Below are positions 22,095 to 27,934 of a stretch of DNA of 32,000 bases, piece after piece (positions within the stretch are counted from its first letter, which is position 1; each line of letters begins with the position of its first letter). Source of the DNA: Fibrobacter succinogenes subsp. succinogenes S85 (GTDB lineage: Bacteria > Fibrobacterota > Fibrobacteria > Fibrobacterales > Fibrobacteraceae). The stretch lies in contig NC_017448.1 of the NCBI RefSeq assembly GCF_000146505.1, positions 60,001 to 92,000 of the forward strand, read 5' to 3'. A program made the position numbers and the translations under genes. Under the pieces are notes generated by a model. It did no database searches. It worked only from the letters and a program-made list of their open reading frames with translations, and was not told the origin of the DNA.

Positions 22095-23915
22095 TTAGTC
22101 GTTGCTGCCGGTAGAGTCGTCGCTGAGCGAGAGGACTGCGAGGAATGCCTTCTGCGGCACTTCCACGGAGCCGATGCTCTTCATGCGCTTCTTACCTTCC
22201 TTCTGCTTTTCGAGGAGCTTGCGCTTACGGGTGATGTCACCGCCGTAGCACTTGGCAAGCACGTCCTTGCGGACTGCCTTCACAGTGGAGCGGCTGATAA
22301 TCTTTCCGCCGATAGCGCCCTGGATGGCGACGTCAAACTGCTGGCGCGGAATGAGGTCCTTGAGCTTGACGCAGATGGCGTTAGCGTAGGTGTTTGCCTT
22401 GTCGCGGTGGATAATCACGGAGAAGGCGTCGACCGGGTCACCGTTCAAGAGAATGTCGAGCTTGACGAGGTTGTTGCGCTTGTATTCGCTCGGCGTGTAG
22501 TCGAGACCTGCGTAACCACGGCTGAGAGACTTGAGGCGGTCGTAGAAGTCAAACATGATTTCGGCAAGCGGAAGGTCGTACTTGAGGATGACCTTTGTTT
22601 CGTCGATGTATTCCATCGTTTCGAATGTGCCGCGCTTTTCTTCGCAAAGCGTCATCATGGCGCCGACGTATTCCTTCGGCGTAAAGATCTGTGCCTTCAC
22701 GTAAGGTTCTTCAATGTAGTCGTAGCGGCTAGCGTCGGGGAGCTTGGACGGGCTTTCAATTTTCACCATGGAACCGTCGCTCATGTAAACGTGGTATTCC
22801 ACGTTCGGTACGGTCGTGATGATGTCCACGTTGAATTCGCGGTCCAAGCGTTCCTGCACGATTTCCATGTGCAAAAGTCCGAGGAAGCCCGTGCGGAAAC
22901 CAAAGCCGAGCGCTTCGGAAGTTTCCGGTTCCCAGCAAAGGGCGGAGTCGTTGAGGCGGAGCTTTTCGAGGGCTTCGCGCAAATCCTTGTAGTCTTCCGG
23001 GTCGATGGGGTAGATACCCGAGTAAATCATCGGGAGCACGTCCTTGTAACCCGGGAGCGGTTCTTCGGCCGGATTGGCGGCGTCCGTGAGCGTGTCACCG
23101 ATTTTCACGTCGCTAATCGTCTTCACGTTGGCGAGCACGTAGCCGACCATGCCTTCGGTCAGTTCCGGGCGCGGGTCGCGGCGCATGCTGAATGTACCGA
23201 CTTCCGTGACGACGTATTCGCCACCCGTCTTCATCATGCGGATCTTCATGCCTGCCTTGAGCGTGCCTTCGACAATGCGGATGTAGTTGATCACGCCGCG
23301 GTAGGAATCGTAAACGGAGTCAAAGATGAGTGCCTTGAGCGGCTTGCCGGAATCGCCCTTCGGGGCCGGGATTTCGTCGACAATCTTGTCAAGCACCTGT
23401 TCCACGTTAAGGCCAGTCTTGGCGGAAATGCGCGGAATCTTGTCCGGATCGTAGCCGAGCAGGTCACCGACGAGCTGTGCCACGTGATCGGGCTGAGCAC
23501 CCGGAAGGTCTACTTTGTTCAAAACCGGGATTATAGTAAGATCGTTTTCAATCGCGAGGTAAAGGTTTGAAAGCGTCTGGGCTTCGATGCCCTGGCTTGC
23601 GTCCACCACGAGAATGGCTCCTTCGCAAGCGGCGAGGGAACGGCTGACTTCGTAGGTGAAGTCCACATGCCCCGGCGTATCGATCATGTTCAAAATGTAT
23701 TCTTCGCCGTCTTTTTCGTAGACCATGCGGATGGCATGAGCCTTGATCGTAATGCCGCGTTCGCGTTCCAGGTCCATGTCGTCCAGGAGCTGGTTCATCA
23801 TTTCGTTCTTGGAAACGGTCTTGGTCAGTTCAATCATTCTGTCGGCCAAGGTGGATTTGCCGTGATCGATGTGGGCGATAATGCTAAAATTGCGGATATT
23901 GTTGTTTTGCGGCAT
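22095..23915 (-). CDS. lepA: Elongation factor 4 (LepA)
   Basis: [26 protein letters not shown] and NKVD are GTPase motifs. Length is 606 aa, with a LepA-type C-terminal domain. Confidence 0.95.
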   Translation of the reverse strand: MPQNNNIRNFSIIAHIDHGKSTLADRMIELTKTVSKNEMMNQLLDDMDLERERGITIKAHAIRMVYEKDGEEYILNMIDTPGHVDFTYEVSRSLAACEGAILVVDASQGIEAQTLSNLYLAIENDLTIIPVLNKVDLPGAQPDHVAQLVGDLLGYDPDKIPRISAKTGLNVEQVLDKIVDEIPAPKGDSGKPLKALIFDSVYDSYRGVINYIRIVEGTLKAGMKIRMMKTGGEYVVTEVGTFSMRRDPRPELTEGMVGYVLANVKTISDVKIGDTLTDAANPAEEPLPGYKDVLPMIYSGIYPIDPEDYKDLREALEKLRLNDSALCWEPETSEALGFGFRTGFLGLLHMEIVQERLDREFNVDIITTVPNVEYHVYMSDGSMVKIESPSKLPDASRYDYIEEPYVKAQIFTPKEYVGAMMTLCEEKRGTFETMEYIDETKVILKYDLPLAEIMFDFYDRLKSLSRGYAGLDYTPSEYKRNNLVKLDILLNGDPVDAFSVIIHRDKANTYANAICVKLKDLIPRQQFDVAIQGAIGGKIISRSTVKAVRKDVLAKCYGGDITRKRKLLEKQKEGKKRMKSIGSVEVPQKAFLAVLSLSDDSTGSND

Positions 23916-23940
23916 ATTAAGATGTTGAAGAGTTTTTGCA

Positions 23941-23948
23941 TAAATATA
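23941..23948 (-). promoter_or_regulatory. Possible -7 element TATATTTA for lepA
   Basis: The minus-strand context GATTTCTATATTTATGC resembles the TTTCTATCTTTG contexts elsewhere. It lies 25 nt upstream of the ATG. Confidence 0.3.
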
Positions 23949-24074
23949 GAAATCTTGTGCCTGTTTATTGGTATTCGCTGTGAACCCTTTAAAAAAAAAC
24001 TATATTCTAGGTTAACAATTTGGCTTTAAGGAACGATAATCCTTAAAGAGCAATTTAACTACGGAAGTTCTGCT

Positions 24075-24599
24075 TTGTTAAAAAAGTTTATTATTTGCAG
24101 TGCCTTGTGCCTTGCCGCGAATGCTTTTGCAGCGGGGAAGGTTTTCAACAAGGATTACACGGGTACGACCCAGATTCTTGCCGAGATAACAACTCATGAG
24201 GGTAAAATCGTTGTGGACTTGAACTTCAAGGCCGCTCCGAATACCGTAGCGAACTTTGTTGAACTCGCCAATTCCGGGTTTTATAATGGCCTTCTCTTCC
24301 ATCGTGTCATTCCTGGCTTTATGATCCAGGGTGGCGACCCGAATGGCGATGGAACGGGTGGTCCTGGTTATACCATCGACGATGAAGCGAATGATCTCAA
24401 GCATGAAACTGGCGTGATTTCTATGGCAAATAGAGGCCCGAATACGGGTGGCTCGCAGTTCTTCATTACGCACCTTCCGCAGCCGCATTTGGATGGCAAG
24501 CATACGGTGTTTGGCAAGGTCATTGAGGGACACGACGTTGTGTGCCGCATTGACCCGAACGATCCGATTTTGAACATTAAAATTGTGGAAAAGAAGTAA
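24075..24599 (+). CDS. Secreted cyclophilin-type peptidyl-prolyl cis-trans isomerase
   Basis: TTG start. The signal peptide is [19 protein letters not shown]. Cyclophilin motifs are [35 protein letters not shown] and HTVFGKV. Confidence 0.88.
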   Translation: MLKKFIICSALCLAANAFAAGKVFNKDYTGTTQILAEITTHEGKIVVDLNFKAAPNTVANFVELANSGFYNGLLFHRVIPGFMIQGGDPNGDGTGGPGYTIDDEANDLKHETGVISMANRGPNTGGSQFFITHLPQPHLDGKHTVFGKVIEGHDVVCRIDPNDPILNIKIVEKK

Positions 24600-24601
24600 A
24601 T

Positions 24602-25651
24602 ATGAGTTCCAAAAAAACGACATCTAAGGCGCCTGCAAAGGCTAGTACTTCTGAAAAGAAATCTGCAAAACCGGCACCAGCCAAGAAGCCCGCTGCAAAG
24701 GTTGCTCCGGCACCGGCAAAGAAGGCTGCCTCTGCTAAGGCTCCGGCTAAGCCCGCTGTTGCCGCCAAGAAGCCTGCTGCAAAGGCTGCACCTGCCCCTG
24801 CAAAAAAGGCCGCTCCGGTAAAAGCAGCTCCTGCAAAGCCCGCACCGGCAAAGAAGCCTGCCGCCAAAAAGGAAGAACCTGCAAAGAAAGAAACCACAAA
24901 GGTGGTGAAGGCCGCTCCTGCTCCAGCAAAGAAGACTGCTCCCGAAAAGAAGGTTGAACCGGCAGTCGAGGCCAAGGCTGTTGCAAAGAAAACTCCTGAA
25001 AAGGAAGTTGAAAAGAAGGTCGTGAAAGAACCGGTCAAGGAAGCTGAAAAGGCTCCTGAAAAAGCACCAGAAAAGGTTGTTGAAAAACTCCCGAAAAAGT
25101 TGAAGTCGTGGAAAAATCTGAATCGAAAAAAGTCTACCGTGAAGTCTGATTATCCGTATGCTGTTTTGCTTGAAGGCGGCAAGAAGCCTTGCAAGTTCAT
25201 TATGTTTGTTGAAATTGACGAGCAGGAAGAACGCGCCAACAAGAAGAAGGTGACTTCTGAAATGAAGAACCTCGAAAAGAAGCCGACTTCTGCCATCCGT
25301 CACAAGATTTCTCTTGCTGAAGAAACTCAGGAAGAATTGACGGAACGTATTTTGAAGGAACTTGAAGAACAGAACGCAGCCTTCACGCGTGAAGCTGCAA
25401 CGCAGATTTGCACGCGCTGCAACAAGAACCTTGTTTCTCCGGAATTCTGGGTCGACAAGCATCTCGGTTACTGCGAAGAATGTGCCGCTATTTTGCACTT
25501 GGGTCAGTCCAAGGAAGCTCGCAAGGTGGAATACCAGTTGGGCGCCATGGGCGGAGACTCTCTTGACGAAGTGGAGGACGATGATATCGAAGGACCGGAC
25601 GCAGCAGACTTGAAGGAAGCTGAAGAAGAACTTGCCGATTTTGACGATTAA
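24602..25651 (+). CDS. Histone-H1-like Ala/Lys/Pro-repeat protein with a C-terminal C4 zinc finger (DksA/TraR spacing) and an acidic tail
   Basis: About 165 N-terminal residues are PAKKPAAK-type repeats. CTRC-x17-CEEC lies at 25409-25483. The protein ends DDDIEGPDAADLKEAEEELADFDD. The start is 2 nt after the PPIase stop. Confidence 0.75.
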   Translation: MSSKKTTSKAPAKASTSEKKSAKPAPAKKPAAKVAPAPAKKAASAKAPAKPAVAAKKPAAKAAPAPAKKAAPVKAAPAKPAPAKKPAAKKEEPAKKETTKVVKAAPAPAKKTAPEKKVEPAVEAKAVAKKTPEKEVEKKVVKEPVKEAEKAPEKAPEKVVEKLPKKLKSWKNLNRKKSTVKSDYPYAVLLEGGKKPCKFIMFVEIDEQEERANKKKVTSEMKNLEKKPTSAIRHKISLAEETQEELTERILKELEEQNAAFTREAATQICTRCNKNLVSPEFWVDKHLGYCEECAAILHLGQSKEARKVEYQLGAMGGDSLDEVEDDDIEGPDAADLKEAEEELADFDD

Positions 25652-25746
25652 TTTATTGTAAGTTAATCGTCATCCTTGATGCGAAGCGTAGGGGAACCTT
25701 TATTTCTCGTATCTTCGTTTGTGACGGAATCCAAAGAATAAAAAAG

Positions 25747-25772
25747 CCGAGGCGTTGAACCTCGGTTTTTTT
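25747..25772. terminator. Bidirectional intrinsic terminator between convergent genes
   Basis: CCGAGG-CGTTGAA-CCTCGG stem, with an A-run upstream and T7 downstream. Confidence 0.75.
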
Positions 25773-25794
25773 GTGTGAAGACTTTAGGGGAGGA

Positions 25795-26448
25795 TTAGTT
25801 GACTTTTCTCATGACGCCGATGACGCGGCCTGCAATTGAGAAGTCTTTTCTGTTGTTCACGATGATCGGTTTGTACTTCGGGTTTGCCGGGCGGAGTTCC
25901 ACATGGTCTGCGCTCGGGTGATAGTACTTGACTGTAGCTTCGTTATCAATTTGGGCTACGACGATTTCACCAAGATCTGCGGTTTTTTGCTGACGAGCGA
26001 AAATCAAGTCTCCATCGAAAATGCCTGCGTTAATCATGGAATCTCCCTTGACACGGAGTGCAAACACATCGCTACGGCAGGCGAGGAAGTCTCTGTCGAT
26101 GGTGACGGTACCTTCGAGGTTCTGCACGGCAAGAATCGGCGTACCAGCGGCGACGCGGCCGACTATAGGAATTTCGATGGTGTTGCTTGCAACTTCCTTG
26201 CTTGATTCCTTGTCATCGCTCAAAATTTCGATACCGCGGCTGAGGCGCGGAGAACGGTTGATATAGCCTTTCTTGATGAGGGCTGCAAGGATAGAACGCA
26301 CACCGTTCGTAGAAGAAATGTCAAAGTGGTTGCCGATTTCGCGAACGGTTGGCGGCATGTGATTTTCTTTAGAATACTTCTTGATGTATTCATAAATCTC
26401 TTCTTGTCTTGCCGTCATTTCTTTGCGTTTTTCATTTGTATTTTCCAT
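25795..26448 (-). CDS. lexA: LexA repressor
   Basis: The winged-helix N-domain is [33 protein letters not shown]. The cleavage site is VAAG, with catalytic VKGDSM and a downstream Lys region. The start is taken at ATG 26448 (MENTNEK, 217 aa) behind GAGAGG. The ORF-track extension to 26514 would run through the promoter/operator. Confidence 0.92.
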
Positions 26449-26492
26449 GGTTTGCCTCTCGTCATAAAGGGTTCTGGAATTTCTATGTATAA

Positions 26493-26521
26493 AATATAAT
26501 GCACAACTGGGCAAATGTCAA
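26493..26521 (-). promoter_or_regulatory. lexA promoter TTGACA-N17-TATATT with a LexA-box-like palindrome TGCCCAGTTGTGCA (26500-26513) in the spacer
   Basis: The minus strand reads TTGACATTTGCCCAGTTGTGCATTATATT. The palindrome fits TGCNC-N4-GTGCA. Confidence 0.65.
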
Positions 26522-26613
26522 TATTTTCACTGCACAAAAGTAAAGTTTTTTGTAAAAAAATGATTTTGTTGAAAAAAAACAATCGTAATGTTCAAAAATA
26601 GGGCTTTTTTTGT

Positions 26614-26621
26614 TATATTTG
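26614..26621 (+). promoter_or_regulatory. Candidate -7 promoter element TATATTTG for tRNA-Pro
   Basis: Exact TAnnTTTG ending 8 nt before the mature tRNA 5' end. Confidence 0.4.
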
Positions 26622-26629
26622 GAGCACTT

Positions 26630-26703
26630 CGGGGTGTAGCTCAGCCTGGTAGAGCGTCTGCTTTGGGAGCAGAATGTCGTCAGTTCGAATCTGGCTACCC
26701 CGA
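26630..26703 (+). tRNA. tRNA-Pro (anticodon TGG)
   Basis: Hand-folded cloverleaf: acceptor CGGGGTG/TACCCCG, D arm GCTC/GAGC, anticodon arm TCTGC-TTTGGGA-GCAGA (TGG, with G37), T arm GTCAG-TTCGAAT-CTGGC, discriminator A. It is 74 nt and CCA is not encoded. Confidence 0.93.
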
Positions 26704-26745
26704 TACACAAAGAGCCGCCCCGCAGGGGTGGCTCTTTGTGTATTT
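26704..26745 (+). terminator. Strong hairpin/terminator immediately after tRNA-Pro
   Basis: 18-bp stem TACACAAAGAGCCGCCCC-GCA-GGGGTGGCTCTTTGTGTA (one G:T pair) followed by TTTGG. Confidence 0.7.
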
Positions 26746-26888
26746 GGTGGGGTGCCAGAGGAACTGACGAAGTCAGTTCGATTAAAACCGGCGAGAGCGT
26801 AGCGAACACAGCCGGTTTTAAGCCTTGACTTGAGCGTAGCTCAAGCAAGCCCGGAGGGCAAAACACGAAATGAAATGAGTGTTTTGGC

Positions 26889-27021
26889 AATCTGGCTACT
26901 CCGATGCTCAATCGGGAAGCCAGCGCAGCCAATCTGGCAACCCCGCGATGCGTAAGCATCGGCGTAGCCGAATAGGGGCGAGGACAATCTGGCTACCCCA
27001 AAGCATTATCTGGCTACCCCA
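26889..27021 (+). repeat. Four degenerate direct copies of the tRNA-Pro 3' end (AATCTGGCTACCCCGA)
   Basis: Copies are 26889-26904 AATCTGGCTACTCCGA, 26931-26948 AATCTGGCAACCCCGCGA, 26986-27000 AATCTGGCTACCCCA and 27008-27021 ATCTGGCTACCCCA. The tRNA segment itself is 26688-26703. Confidence 0.85.
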
Positions 27022-27044
27022 GCATCTTGCGCATTTCAGCAAAA

Positions 27045-27079
27045 AAAAATCTACGCAGCCAACAGCTACGTAGATTTTT
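27045..27079. terminator. Bidirectional terminator-like hairpin
   Basis: AAAAATCTACG-(13 nt)-CGTAGATTTTT, flanked by an A-run and a T-run. Confidence 0.6.
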
Positions 27080-27188
27080 GTTGTTTGGGGGATATGTCCC
27101 TAATATAACTATTCAACCCCTTTATAATATTACTTTTTGCTTCACCAAATAATATGACTGTATTGATTGTATTTGTTTCGTTTCTTTA

Positions 27189-27875
27189 TTACTTTCTCAA
27201 AAAATATTTATCCATCGGGAAAAAATCAATAAGAAACGACCCCTGATAAACAGTGTAAAATTCAGTTCCGATATCCATTGCTAAATAAGTGCGCTTGCTA
27301 ACCGTTATGCTTGATTTGCTACTGAATATAAGGTCGTAATGCATCCCTGATTTCGTTGTCCAGGTATCTTTATTAATAAGGATTTCTTTTTTGAGTATTG
27401 GCTTTTTTGTGAACCTTGCAGGAAGCTCGATAACTTCTGAAATTGAAACGCCAATGGCGAGTATTAGCAGAAGGATGAATTCAGTAATAAAATTTTTTGT
27501 AGATGGTTCTTTGTTGTCTTTTCTTGGAGGCAATACTTTAAAGATATGTAAAATAATGCCCAAACCAAAGCTTATAAAGAACGCTAATGAAATTCTAAGC
27601 AATGTTCTGTATAGCTCACGTTCGGCGAGTTTGTTCAAAAAAGTTTCGTCGATGATATAGCCGAGATCAAACGAATGTGTTTTTGCTCTTAGAAGGAAAA
27701 ATATTGCAGTGAAACATACTTCTAATACGAATAAAATAATTAGAATCTTATTTCTTGGTGAAAGTTTTTTAGTAGAAATTGTCACTTTGATTTTGGAGGG
27801 TGGGAGAGGTTGATTCTCCATCATTTGACTCTCCATCATCATGAGTTTTCTGCGTCTTTTGGCTGCTCTGGACAT
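27189..27875 (-). CDS. Hypothetical membrane protein (3 predicted TM helices), AT-rich gene
   Basis: ORF with a basic N-terminus MSRAAKRRRK, hydrophobic segments (ILIILFVLEVCFTAIFFLL, LAFFISFGLGIILHIF, FILLLILAIGVSI) and a C-terminal soluble part. I recognise no family. The start is chosen at ATG 27875, just past the upstream terminator; the ORF-track start 28013 overlaps the preceding gene. Confidence 0.55.
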   Translation of the reverse strand: MSRAAKRRRKLMMMESQMMENQPLPPSKIKVTISTKKLSPRNKILIILFVLEVCFTAIFFLLRAKTHSFDLGYIIDETFLNKLAERELYRTLLRISLAFFISFGLGIILHIFKVLPPRKDNKEPSTKNFITEFILLLILAIGVSISEVIELPARFTKKPILKKEILINKDTWTTKSGMHYDLIFSSKSSITVSKRTYLAMDIGTEFYTVYQGSFLIDFFPMDKYFLRK

Positions 27876-27885
27876 AATCCTAATA

Positions 27886-27911
27886 TAAAAAATCCCCGCG
27901 TTGCTGCGGGG
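27886..27911 (-). terminator. Intrinsic terminator of the CotH-like gene
   Basis: CCCCGC-AGCAAC-GCGGGG on the minus strand followed by ATTTTTT. Confidence 0.75.
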
Positions 27912-27934
27912 AAGGAGGATAGAACTTAAATATT

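Noticed and set aside
24368-25498. 376-aa and 153-aa minus-strand ORFs opposite the AKP-repeat gene
   Set aside because: They are low-complexity shadows of the GCN/AAG repeat coding strand (poly-Phe/Leu/Cys/Arg). The plus-strand frame continues into a well-formed zinc-finger domain and is coupled to the upstream PPIase gene.
25676-25712. CGTCATCCTTGATGCGAAGCGTAGGGGAACC as a further member of the GTCATTC hairpin family
   Set aside because: Only the left flank resembles the family. I could not draw a convincing stem, so it is not counted.
26483-26959. 158-aa minus-strand ORF, and the 64-aa plus-strand ORF at 26879-27073
   Set aside because: They run through the tRNA-Pro gene, its terminator and the hairpin/repeat block. 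They have no coding-like composition or start context.
26750-27079. Possible tmRNA, RNase P RNA or SRP RNA downstream of the tRNA
   Set aside because: There is no GAGGAAAGUCC-type P4 motif, and no tmRNA-style T-arm (GGTTCGAATCC...CCA) at the 3' end. There is also no tag ORF ending in hydrophobic Ala-Ala, since ANTAGFKP* is unconvincing. GGGAAGCCAGCGCAGCC only superficially resembles the SRP domain IV GGAAGCAGCC.
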